Source: Auanema rhodensis (lineage: Eukaryota > Animalia > Nematoda). From it: a stretch of DNA of 64,000 nt. Each line of letters begins with the position of its first letter. Positions within the stretch are counted from its first letter, which is position 1. Location: contig OZ059894.1 in assembly GCA_964057225.1 (NCBI GenBank), positions 22,196,001 to 22,260,000 of the forward strand, in the 5' to 3' direction. Shown piece after piece: positions 12,801 to 26,676 of this stretch. Position numbers and translations under genes: made by a program. A model generated the notes under the pieces. It ran no database searches and had not been told where the DNA came from. It saw nothing but the letters and a program-made list of their open reading frames with translations.

Positions 12801-15800
12801 TTCGAAAAAATTTTTGTCAAAATGTTTTTGGAAGCAATGTTGAGTGTACATGGAAACTCAACATACACTAATGCATCATTTTTCAAACGATCATAACTAA
12901 TTTTTGTATTAAGCGTTTCTCAATGTAGTATAAGGCATTCGATGCGGATTTTTAAGCTGCGTCGATCTGTGTTATCAGATTTGCGCTAGCTTAAAAATGC
13001 ACCGAGATATCAACTGATATAAGTTCACACTTATATCCTCGATTTTCACCCTGAAGAATTAATTTTTTCGTTGAATAACATTGTCTATCGTCTTTGCCTT
13101 GAAAAATGGAATCTAAAAACATCTACTTTTTGCTAAATTATTTTGAAATTTTTCGAAAAAATTTTTGTCAAAATGTTTTTGGAAGCAATGTTGAGTGTAC
13201 ATGGAAACTCAACATACACTAATGCATCATTTTTCAAACGATCATAACTAATTTTTGTATCAAGCGTTTCTTGATGTAGTATAGTGCATTCGATGCGGAT
13301 TTTTAAGCTGCGTCGATCTGTGTTATCAGATTTGCGCTAGCTTAAAAATGCACCGAGATATCAACTGATATAAGTTCACACTTATATCCTCGATTTTCAC
13401 CCTGAAGAATTAATTTTTTCGTTGAATAACATTGTCTATCGTCTTTGCCTTGAAAAATGGAATCTAAAAACATCTACTTTTTGCTAAATTATTTTGAAAT
13501 TTTTCGAAAAAATTTTTGTCAAAATGTTTTTGGAAGCAATGTTGAGTGTACATGGAAACTCAACATACACTAATGCATCATTTTTCAAACGATCATAACT
13601 AATTTTTGTATCAAGCGTTTCTTGATGTAGTATAGTGCATTCGATGCGGATTTTTAAGCTGCGTCGATCTGTGTTATCAGATTTGCGCTAGCTTAAAAAT
13701 GCACCGAGATATCAACTGATATAAGTTCACACTTATATCCTCGATTTTCACCCTGAAGAATTAATTTTTTCGTTGAATAACATTGTCCATCGTCTTTACC
13801 TTGAAAAAAGGAATCTAAAAACATCTACTTTTTGCTAAATTATTTTGAAATTTTTCGAAAAAATTTTTGTCAAAATGTTTTTGGAAGCAATGTTGAGTGT
13901 ACATGGAAACTCAACATACACTAATGCATCATTTTTCAAACGAACATAACTAATTTTTTTATCAAGCGTTTCTCAATGTAGTATAGTGCATTCGATGCGG
14001 ATTTTTAAGCTGCGTCGATCTGTGTTATCAAATTTGCGCTAGCTTAAAAATGCACCGAGATATCAACTGATATAAGTTCACACTTATATCCTCGATTTTC
14101 ACCCTGAAGAATTAATTTTTTCGTTGAATAACATTGTCCATCGTCTTTGCCTCAAAAACAGGAATCTAAAAACATCTACTTTTTGCTAAATTATTTTGAA
14201 ATTTTTCGAAAAAATTTTTGTCAAAATGTTTTTGGAAGCAATATTGAGTGTACATGGAAACTCAACATACACTAATGCATCATTTTTCAAACGATCAAAA
14301 CTAATTTTTGTATTAAGCGTTTCTCAATGTAGTATAGTGCATTCGATGCGGATTTTTAAGCTGCGTCGATCTGTGTTATCAGATTTGCGCTAGCTTAAAA
14401 ATGCACCGAGATATCAACTGATGTAAGTTCACACTTATATCCTCGATTTTCACCCTGAAGAATTAATTTTTTCGTTGAATAACATTGTCCATCGTCTTTG
14501 CCTTGAAAAAAGGAATCTAAAAACATCTACTTTTTGCTAAATTATTTTGAAATTTTTCGAAAAAATTTTTGTCAAAATGTTTTTGGAAGCAATGTTGAGT
14601 GTACATGGAAACTCAACATACACTAATGCATCATTTTTCAAACGATCATAACTAATTTTTGTATCAAACGTTTCTCAATGTAGTATAGTGCATTCAATGC
14701 GGATTTTTAAGCTGCGTCGATCTGTGTTATCAGATTTGCGCTAGCTTAAAAATGCACCGAGATATCAACTGATATAAGTTCACACTTATATCCTCGATTT
14801 TCACCCTGAAGAATTAATTTTTTCGTTGAATAACATTGTCCATCGTCTTTGCCTTGAAAAAAGGAATCTAAAAACATCTACTTTTTGCTGAATTATTTTG
14901 AAATTTTTCGAAAAAATTTTTGTCAAAATGTTTTTGGAAGCAATGTTGAGTGTACATGGAAACTCAACATACACTAATGCATCATTTTTCAAACGATCAT
15001 AACTAATTTTTGTATCAAACGTTTCTCAATGTAGTATAGTGCATTCGATGCGGATTTTTAAGCTGCGTCGATCTGTGTTATCAGATTTGCGCTAGCTTAA
15101 AAATGCACCGAGATATCAACTGATATAAGTTCACACTTATATCCTCGATTTTCACCCTGAAGAATTAATTTTTTCGTTGAATAACATTGTCCATCGTCTT
15201 TGCCTTGAAAAAAGGAATCTAGAAACATCTACTTTTTGCTGAATTATTTTGAAATTTTTCGAAAAAATTTTTGTCAAAATGTTTTTGGAAGCAATGTTGA
15301 GTGTACATGGAAACTCAACATACACTAATGCATCATTTTTCAAACGATCATAACTAATTTTTGTATTAAGCGTTTCTCAATGTAGTATAGTGCATTCGAT
15401 GCGGATTTTTAAGCTGCGTCGATCTGTGTTATCAGATTTGCGCTAGCTTAAAAATGCACCGAGATATCAACTGATATAAGTTCACACTTATATCCTCGAT
15501 TTTCACCCTGAAGAATTAATTTTTTCGTTGAATAACAATGTCCATCGTCTTTGCCTTGAAAAAAGGAATCTAAAAACATCTACTTTTTGCTGAATTATTT
15601 TGAAATTTTTCGAAAAAATTTTTGTCAAAATGTTTTTGGAAGCAATGTTGAGTGTACATGGAAACTCAACATACACTAATGCATCATTTTTCAAACGATC
15701 ATAACTAATTTTTGTATCAAACGTTTCTCAATGTAGTATAGTGCATTCGATGCGGATTTTTAAGCTGCGTCGATCTGTGTTATCAGATTTGCGCTAGCTT

Positions 15801-17901
15801 AAAAATGCACCGAGATATCAACTGATATAAGTTCACACTTATATCCTCGATTTTCACCCTGAAGAATTAATTTTTTCGTTGAATAACATTGTCCATCGTC
15901 TTTGCCTTGAAAAAAGGAATCTAGAAACATCTACTTTTTGCTGAATTATTTTGAAATTTTTCGAAAAAATTTTTGTCAAAATGTTTTTGGAAGCAATGTT
16001 GAGTGTACATGGAAACTCAACATACACTAATGCATCATTTTTCAAACGATCATAACTAATTTTTGTATTAAGCGTTTCTCAATGTAGTATAGTGCATTCG
16101 ATGCGGATTTTTAAGCTGCGTCGATCTGTGTTATCCGATTTGCGCTAGCTTAAAAATGCACCGAGATATCAACTGATATAAGTTCACACTTATATCCTCG
16201 ATTTTCACCCTGAAGAATTAATTTTTTCGTTGAATAACATTGTCTATCGTCTTTGCCTTGAAAAATGGAATCTAAAAACATCTACTTTTTGCTAAATTAT
16301 TTTGAAATTTTTCGAAAAAATTTTTGTCAAAATGTTTTTGGAAGCAATGTTGAGTGTACATGGAAACTCAACATACACTAATGCATCATTTTTCAAACGA
16401 TCATAACTAATTTTTGTATCAAGCGTTTCTCAATGTAGTATAGTGCATTCGATGCGGATTTTTAAGCTGCGTCGATCTGTGTTATCCGATTTGCGCTAGC
16501 TTAAAAATGCACCGAGATATCAACTGATATAAGTTCACACTTATATCCTCGATTTTCACCCTGAAGAATTAATTTTTTCGTTGAATAACATTGTCCATCG
16601 TCTTTGCCTTAAAAACAGGAATCTAAAAACATCTACTTTTTGCTAAATTATTTTGAAATTTTTCGAAAAAATTTTTGTCAAAATGTTTTTGGAAGCAATG
16701 TTGAGTGTACATGGAAACTCAACATACACTAATGCATCATTTTTCAAACGATCATAACTAATTTTTGTATCAAGCGTTTCTTGATGTAGTATAGTGCATT
16801 CGATGCGGATTTTTAAGCTGCGTCGATCTGTGTTATCAGATTTGCGCTAGCTTAAAAATGCACCGAGATATCAACTGATATAAGTTCACACTTATATCCT
16901 CGATTTTCACCCTGAAGAATTAATTTTTTCGTTGAATAACATTGTCTATCGTCTTTGCCTTGAAAAATGGAATCTAAAAACATCTACTTTTTGCTAAATT
17001 ATTTTGAAATTTTTCGAAAAAATTTTTGTCAAAATGTTTTTGGAAGCAATGTTGAGTGTACATGGAAACTCAACATACACTAATGCATCATTTTTCAAAC
17101 GATCATAACTAATTTTTGTATCAAGCGTTTGTTGATGTAGTATAGTGCATTCGATGCGGATTTTCAAGCTGCGTCGATCTGTGTTATCAGATTTGCGCTA
17201 GCTTAAAAATGCACCGAGATATCAACTGATATAAGTTCACACTTATATCCTCGATTTTCACCCTGAAGAATTAATTTTTTCGTTGAATAACATTGTCCAT
17301 CGTCTTTGCCTTAAAAAAAGGAATCTAAAAACATCTACTTTTTGCTAAATTATTTTGAAATTTTTCGAAAAAATTTTTGTCAAAATGTTTTTGGAAGCAA
17401 TGTTGAGTGTACATGGAAACTCAACATACACTAATGCATCATTTTTCAAACGAACATAACTAATTTTTTTATCAAGCGTTTCTCAATGTAGTATAGTGCA
17501 TTCGATGCGGATTTTTAAGCTGCGTCGATCTGTGTTATCAAATTTGCGCTAGCTTAAAAATGCACCGAGATATCAACTGATATAAGTTCACACTTATATC
17601 CTCGATTTTCACCCTGAAGAATTAATTTTTTCGTTGAATAACATTGTCCATCGTCTTTGCCTTAAAAACAGGAATCTAAAAACATCTACTTTTTGCTAAA
17701 TTATTTTGAAATTTTTCGAAAAAATTTTTGTCAAAATGTTTTTGGAAGCAATGTTGAGTGTACATGGAAACTCAACATACACTAATGCATCATTTTTCAA
17801 ACGATCATAACTAATTTTTGTATCAAGCGTTTCTTGATGTAGTATAGTGCATTCGATGCGGATTTTTAAGCTGCGTCGATCTGTGTTATCAGATTTGCGC
17901 T

Positions 17902-20900
17902 AGCTTAAAAATGCACCGAGATATCAACTGATATAAGTTCACACTTATATCCTCGATTTTCACCCTGAAGAATTAATTTTTTCGTTGAATAACATTGTCC
18001 ATCGTCTTTGCCTTAAAAAAAGGAATCTAAAAACATCTACTTTTTGCTGAATTATTTTGAAATTTTTCGAAAAAATTTTTGTCAAAATGTTTTTGGAAGC
18101 AATGTTGAGTGTACATGGAAACTCAACATACACTAATGCATCATTTTTCAAACGATCAAAACTAATTTTTGTATTAAGCGTTTCTCAATGTAGTATAGTG
18201 CATTCGATGCGGATTTTTAAGCTGCGTCGATCTGTGTTATCAGATTTGCGCTAGCTTAAAAATGCACCGAGATATCAACTGATGTAAGTTCACACTTATA
18301 TCCTCGATTTTCACCCTGAAGAATTAATTTTTTCGTTGAATAACATTGTCCATCGTCTTTGCCTTGAAAAAAGGAATCTAAAAACATCTACTTTTTGCTA
18401 AATTATTTTGAAATTTTTCGAAAAAATTTTTGTCAAAATGTTTTTGGAAGCAATGTTGAGTGTACATGGAAACTCAACATACACTAATGCATCATTTTTC
18501 AAACGATCATAACTAATTTTTGTATCAAGCGTTTCTTGATGTAGTATAGTGCATTCAATGCGGATTTTTAAGCTGCGTCGATCTGTGTTATCAGATTTGC
18601 GCTAGCTTAAAAATGCACCGAGATATCAACTGATATAAGTTCACACTTATATCCTCGATTTTCACCCTGAAGAATTACTTTTTTCGTTGAATAACATTGT
18701 CCATCGTCTTTGCCTTGAAAAAAGGAATCTAAAAACATCTACTTTTTGCTGAATTATTTTGAAATTTTTCGAAAAAATTTTTGTCAAAATGTTTTTGGAA
18801 GCAATGTTGAGTGTACATGGAAACTCAACATACACTAATGCATCATTTTTCAAACGATCAAAACTAATTTTTGTATTAAGCGTTTCTCAATGTAGTATAG
18901 TGCATTCGATGCGGATTTTTAAGCTGCGTCGATCTGTGTTATCAGATTTGCGCTAGCTTAAAAATGCACCGAGATATCAACTGATGTAAGTTCACACTTA
19001 TATCCTCGATTTTCACCCTGAAGAATTAATTTTTTCGTTGAATAACATTGTCCATCGTCTTTGCCTTGAAAAAAGGAATCTAAAAACATCTACTTTTTGC
19101 TAAATTATTTTGAAATTTTTCGAAAAAATTTTTGTCAAAATGTTTTTGGAAGCAATGTTGAGTGTACATGGAAACTCAACATACACTAATGCATCATTTT
19201 TCAAACGATCATAACTAATTTTTGTATCAAACGTTTCTCAATGTAGTATAGTGCATTCAATGCGGATTTTTAAGCTGCGTCGATCTGTGTTATCAGATTT
19301 GCGCTAGCTTAAAAATGCACCGAGATATCAACTGATATAAGTTCACACTTATATCCTCGATTTTCACCCTGAAGAATTAATTTTTTCGTTGAATAACATT
19401 GTCCATCGTCTTTGCCTTGAAAAAAGGAATCTAAAAACATCTACTTTTTGCTGAATTATTTTGAAATTTTTCGAAAAAATTTTTGTCAAAATGTTTTTGG
19501 AAGCAATGTTGAGTGTACATGGAAACTCAACATACACTAATGCATCATTTTTCAAACGATCATAACTAATTTTTGTATCAAACGTTTCTCAATGTAGTAT
19601 AGTGCATTCGATGCGGATTTTTAAGCTGCGTCGATCTGTGTTATCAGATTTGCGCTAGCTTAAAAATGCACCGAGATATCAACTGATATAAGTTCACACT
19701 TATATCCTCGATTTTCACCCTGAAGAATTAATTTTTTCGTTGAATAACATTGTCCATCGTCTTTGCCTTGAAAAAAGGAATCTAGAAACATCTACTTTTT
19801 GCTGAATTATTTTGAAATTTTTCGAAAAAATTTTTGTCAAAATGTTTTTGGAAGCAATGTTGAGTGTACATGGAAACTCAACATACACTAATGCATCATT
19901 TTTCAAACGATCATAACTAATTTTTGTATCAAGCGTTTCTTGATGTAGTATAGTGCATTCGATGCGGATTTTTAAGCTGCGTCGATCTGTGTTATCAGAT
20001 TTGCGCTAGCTTAAAAATGCACCGAGATATCAACTGATATAAGTTCACACTTATATCCTCGATTTTCACCCTGAAGAATTAATTTTTTCGTTGAATAACA
20101 TTGTCCATCGTCTTTGCCTTGAAAAAAGGAATCTAAAAACATCTACTTTTTGCTAAATTATTTTGAAATTTTTCGAAAAAATTTTTGTCAAAATGTTTTT
20201 GGAAGCAATGTTGAGTGTACATGGAAACTCAACATACACTAATGCATCATTTTTCAAACGATCATAACTAATTTTTGTATCAAACGTTTCTCAATGTAGT
20301 ATAGTGCATTCAATGCGGATTTTTAAGCTGCGTCGATCTGTGTTATCAGATTTGCGCTAGCTTAAAAATGCACCGAGATATCAACTGATATAAGTTCACA
20401 CTTATATCCTCGATTTTCACCCTGAAGAATTAATTTTTTCGTTGAATAACATTGTCCATCGTCTTTGCCTTGAAAAAAGGAATCTAAAAACATCTACTTT
20501 TTGCTGAATTATTTTGAAATTTTTCGAAAAAATTTTTGTCAAAATGTTTTTGGAAGCAATGTTGAGTGTACATGGAAACTCAACATACACTAATGCATCA
20601 TTTTTCAAACGATCATAACTAATTTTTGTATCAAACGTTTCTCAATGTAGTATAGTGCATTCGATGCGGATTTTTAAGCTGCGTCGATCTGTGTTATCAG
20701 ATTTGCGCTAGCTTAAAAATGCACCGAGATATCAACTGATATAAGTTCACACTTATATCCTCGATTTTCACCGTGAAGAATTAATTTTTTCGTTGAATAA
20801 CATTGTCCATCGTCTTTGCCTTGAAAAAAGGAATCTAGAAACATCTACTTTTTGCTGAATTATTTTGAAATTTTTCGAAAAAATTTTTGTCAAAATGTTT

Positions 20901-23900
20901 TTGGAAGCAATGTTGAGTGTACATGGAAACTCAACATACACTAATGCATCATTTTTCAAACGATCATAACTAATTTTTGTATTGAGCGTTTCTCAATGTA
21001 GTATAGTGCATTCGATGCGGATTTTTAAGCTGCGTCGATCTGTGTTATCCGATTTGCGCTAGCTTAAAAATGCACCGAGATATCAACTGATATAAGTTCA
21101 CACTTATATCCTCGATTTTCACCCTGAAGAATTAATTTTTTCGTTGAATAACATTGTCTATCGTCTTTGCCTTGAAAAATGGAATCTAAAAACATCTACT
21201 TTTTGCTAAATTATTTTGAAATTTTTCGAAAAAATTTTTGTCAAAATGTTTTTGGAAGCAATGTTGAGTGTACATGGAAACTCAACATACACTAATGCAT
21301 CATTTTTCAAACGATCATAACTAATTTTTGTATCAAGCGTTTGTTGATGTAGTATAGTGCATTCGATGCGGATTTTTAAGCTGCGTCGATCTGTGTTATC
21401 AGATTTGCGCTAGCTTAAAAATGCACCGAGATATCAACTGATATAAGTTCACACTTATATCCTCGATTTTCACCCTGAAGAATTAATTTTTTCGTTGAAT
21501 AACATTGTCCATCGTCTTTGCCTTAAAAACAGGAATCTAAAAACATCTACTTTTTGCTAAATTATTTTGAAATTTTTCGAAAAAATTTTTGTCAAAATGT
21601 TTTTGGAAGCAATGTTGAGTGTACATGGAAACTCAACATACACTAATGCATCATTTTTCAAACGATCATAACTAATTTTTGTATCAAGCGTTTCTTGATG
21701 TAGTATAGTGCATTCGATGCGGATTTTTAAGCTGCGTCGATCTGTGTTATCAGATTTGCGCTAGCTTAAAAATGCACCGAGATATCAACTGATATAAGTT
21801 CACACTTATATCCTCGATTTTCACCCTGAAGAATTAATTTTTTCGTTGAATAACATTGTCCATCGTCTTTGCCTTAAAAAAAGGAATCTAAAAACATCTA
21901 CTTTTTGCTGAATTATTTTGAAATTTTTCGAAAAAATTTTTGTCAAAATGTTTTTGGAAGCAATGTTGAGTGTACATGGAAACTCAACATACACTAATGC
22001 ATCATTTTTCAAACGATCAAAACTAATTTTTGTATTAAGCGTTTCTCAATGTAGTATAGTGCATTCGATGCGGATTTTTAAGCTGCGTCGATCTGTGTTA
22101 TCAGATTTGCGCTAGCTTAAAAATGCACCGAGATATCAACTGATGTAAGTTCACACTTATATCCTCGATTTTCACCCTGAAGAATTAATTTTTTCGTTGA
22201 ATAACATTGTCCATCGTCTTTGCCTTGAAAAAAGGAATCTAAAAACATCTACTTTTTGCTAAATTATTTTGAAATTTTTCGAAAAAATTTTTGTCAAAAT
22301 GTTTTTGGAAGCAATGTTGAGTGTACATGGAAACTCAACATACACTAATGCATCATTTTTCAAACGATCATAACTAATTTTTGTATCAAGCGTTTCTTGA
22401 TGTAGTATAGTGCATTCAATGCGGATTTTTAAGCTGCGTCGATCTGTGTTATCAGATTTGCGCTAGCTTAAAAATGCACCGAGATATCAACTGATGTAAG
22501 TTCACACTTATATCCTCGATTTTCACCCTGAAGAATTAATTTTTTCGTTGAATAACATTGTCCATCGTCTTTGCCTTGAAAAAAGGAATCTAAAAACATC
22601 TACTTTTTGCTAAATTATTTTGAAATTTTTCGAAAAAATTTTTGTCAAAATGTTTTTGGAAGCAATGTTGAGTGTACATGGAAACTCAACATACACTAAT
22701 GCATCATTTTTCAAACGATCATAACTAATTTTTGTATCAAACGTTTCTCAATGTAGTATAGTGCATTCAATGCGGATTTTTAAGCTGCGTCGATCTGTGT
22801 TATCAGATTTGCGCTAGCTTAAAAATGCACCGAGATATCAACTGATATAAGTTCACACTTATATCCTCGATTTTCACCCTGAAGAATTAATTTTTTCGTT
22901 GAATAACATTGTCCATCGTCTTTGCCTTGAAAAAAGGAATCTAAAAACATCTACTTTTTGCTGAATTATTTTGAAATTTTTCGAAAAAATTTTTGTCAAA
23001 ATGTTTTTGGAAGCAATGTTGAGTGTACATGGAAACTCAACATACACTAATGCATCATTTTTCAAACGATCATAACTAATTTTTGTATCAAACGTTTCTC
23101 AATGTAGTATAGTGCATTCGATGCGGATTTTTAAGCTGCGTCGATCTGTGTTATCAGATTTGCGCTAGCTTAAAAATGCACCGAGATATCAACTGATATA
23201 AGTTCACACTTATATCCTCGATTTTCACCCTGAAGAATTAATTTTTTCGTTGAATAACATTGTCCATCGTCTTTGCCTTAAAAAAAGGAATCTAAAAACA
23301 TCTACTTTTTGCTGAATTATTTTGAAATTTTTCGAAAAAATTTTTGTCAAAATGTTTTTGGAAGCAATGTTGAGTGTACATGGAAACTCAACATACACTA
23401 ATGCATCATTTTTCAAACGATCAAAACTAATTTTTGTATTAAGCGTTTCTCAATGTAGTATAGTGCATTCGATGCGGATTTTTAAGCTGCGTCGATCTGT
23501 GTTATCAGATTTGCGCTAGCTTAAAAATGCACCGAGATATCAACTGATGTAAGTTCACACTTATATCCTCGATTTTCACCCTGAAGAATTAATTTTTTCG
23601 TTGAATAACATTGTCCATCGTCTTTGCCTTGAAAAAAGGAATCTAAAAACATCTACTTTTTGCTAAATTATTTTGAAATTTTTCGAAAAAATTTTTGTCA
23701 AAATGTTTTTGGAAGCAATGTTGAGTGTACATGGAAACTCAACATACACTAATGCATCATTTTTCAAACGATCATAACTAATTTTTGTATCAAGCGTTTC
23801 TTGATGTAGTATAGTGCATTCGATGCGGATTTTTAAGCTGCGTCGATCTGTGTTATCAGATTTGCGCTAGCTTAAAAATGCACCGAGATATCAACTGATA

Positions 23901-25974
23901 TAAGTTCACACTTATATCCTCGATTTTCACCCTGAAGAATTAATTTTTTCGTTGAATAACATTGTCCATCGTCTTTGCCTTGAAAAAAGGAATCTAAAAA
24001 CATCTACTTTTTGCTGAATTATTTTGAAATTTTTCGAAAAAATTTTTGTCAAAATGTTTTTGGAAGCAATGTTGAGTGTACATGGAAACTCAACATACAC
24101 TAATGCATCATTTTTCAAACGATCAAAACTAATTTTTGTATTAAGCGTTTCTCAATGTAGTATAGTGCATTCGATGCGGATTTTTAAGCTGCGTCGATCT
24201 GTGTTATCAGATTTGCGCTAGCTTAAAAATGCACCGAGATATCAACTGATGTAAGTTCACACTTATATCCTCGATTTTCACCCTGAAGAATTAATTTTTT
24301 CGTTGAATAACATTGTCCATCGTCTTTGCCTTGAAAAAAGGAATCTAAAAACATCTACTTTTTGCTAAATTATTTTGAAATTTTTCGAAAAAATTTTTGT
24401 CAAAATGTTTTTGGAAGCAATGTTGAGTGTACATGGAAACTCAACATACACTAATGCATCATTTTTCAAACGATCATAACTAATTTTTGTATCAAACGTT
24501 TCTCAATGTAGTATAGTGCATTCAATGCGGATTTTTAAGCTGCGTCGATCTGTGTTATCAGATTTGCGCTAGCTTAAAAATGCACCGAGATATCAACTGA
24601 TATAAGTTCACACTTATATCCTCGATTTTCACCCTGAAGAATTAATTTTTTCGTTGAATAACATTGTCCATCGTCTTTGCCTTGAAAAAAGGAATCTAAA
24701 AACATCTACTTTTTGCTGAATTATTTTGAAATTTTTCGAAAAAATTTTTGTCAAAATGTTTTTGGAAGCAATGTTGAGTGTACATGGAAACTCAACATAC
24801 ACTAATGCATCATTTTTCAAACGATCATAACTAATTTTTGTATCAAACGTTTCTCAATGTAGTATAGTGCATTCGATGCGGATTTTTAAGCTGCGTCGAT
24901 CTGTGTTATCAGATTTGCGCTAGCTTAAAAATGCACCGAGATATCAACTGATATAAGTTCACACTTATATCCTCGATTTTCACCCTGAAGAATTAATTTT
25001 TTCGTTGAATAACATTGTCCATCGTCTTTGCCTTGAAAAAAGGAATCTAGAAACATCTACTTTTTGCTGAATTATTTTGAAATTTTTCGAAAAAATTTTT
25101 GTCAAAATGTTTTTGGAAGCAATGTTGAGTGTACATGGAAACTCAACATACACTAATGCATCATTTTTCAAACGATCATAACTAATTTTTGTATCAAGCG
25201 TTTCTTGATGTAGTATAGTGCATTCGATGCGGATTTTTAAGCTGCGTCGATCTGTGTTATCAGATTTGCGCTAGCTTAAAAATGCACCGAGATATCAACT
25301 GATATAAGTTCACACTTATATCCTCGATTTTCACCCTGAAGAATTAATTTTTTCGTTGAATAACATTGTCCATCGTCTTTGCCTTGAAAAAAGAAATCTA
25401 AAAACATCTACTTTTTGCTAAATTATTTTGAAATTTTTCGAAAAAATTTTTGTCAAAATGTTTTTGGAAGCAATGTTGAGTGTACATGGAAACTCAACAT
25501 ACACTAATGCATCATTTTTCAAACGATCATAACTAATTTTTGTATCAAACGTTTCTCAATGTAGTATAGTGCATTCAATGCGGATTTTTAAGCTGCGTCG
25601 ATCTGTGTTATCAGATTTGCGCTAGCTTAAAAATGCACCGAGATATCAACTGATATAAGTTCACACTTATATCCTCGATTTTCACCCTGAAGAATTAATT
25701 TTTTCGTTGAATAACATTGTCCATCGTCTTTGCCTTGAAAAAAGGAATCTAAAAACATCTACTTTTTGCTGAATTATTTTGAAATTTTTCGAAAAAATTT
25801 TTGTCAAAATGTTTTTGGAAGCAATGTTGAGTGTACATGGAAACTCAACATACACTAATGCATCATTTTTCAAACGATCATAACTAATTTTTGTATCAAA
25901 CGTTTCTCAATGTAGTATAGTGCATTCGATGCGGATTTTTAAGCTGCGTCGATCTGTGTTATCAGATTTGCGCT
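17902..25974. repeat. 8-monomer block repeated at 15-monomer (5265-bp) offset (17902-20709 vs 23167-25974)
   Basis: Haplotype-marking ORFs 17960/18662/19364/19715/20417 recur at 23225/23927/24629/24980/25682. Confidence 0.75.
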
Positions 25975-26676
25975 AGCTTAAAAATGCACCGAGATATCAA
26001 CTGATATAAGTTCACACTTATATCCTCGATTTTCACCCTGAAGAATTAATTTTTTCGTTGAATAACATTGTCCATCGTCTTTGCCTTGAAAAAAGGAATC
26101 TAAAAACATCTACTTTTTGCTGAATTATTTTGAAATTTTTCGAAAAAATTTTTGTCAAAATGTTTTTGGAAGCAATGTTGAGTGTACATGGAAACTCAAC
26201 ATACACTAATGCATCATTTTTCAAACGATCATAACTAATTTTTGTATCAAACGTTTCTCAATGTAGTATAGTGCATTCGATGCGGATTTTTAAGCTGCGT
26301 CGATCTGTGTTATCAGATTTGCGCTAGCTTAAAAATGCACCGAGATATCAACTGATATAAGTTCACACTTATATCCTCGATTTTCACCCTGAAGAATTAA
26401 TTTTTTCGTTGAATAACATTGTCCATCGTCTTTGCCTTGAAAAAAGGAATCTAGAAACATCTACTTTTTGCTGAATTATTTTGAAATTTTTCGAAAAAAT
26501 TTTTGTCAAAATGTTTTTGGAAGCAATGTTGAGTGTACATGGAAACTCAACATACACTAATGCATCATTTTTCAAACGATCATAACTAATTTTTGTATTA
26601 AGCGTTTCTCAATGTAGTATAGTGCATTCGATGCGGATTTTTAAGCTGCGTCGATCTGTGTTATCCGATTTGCGCT

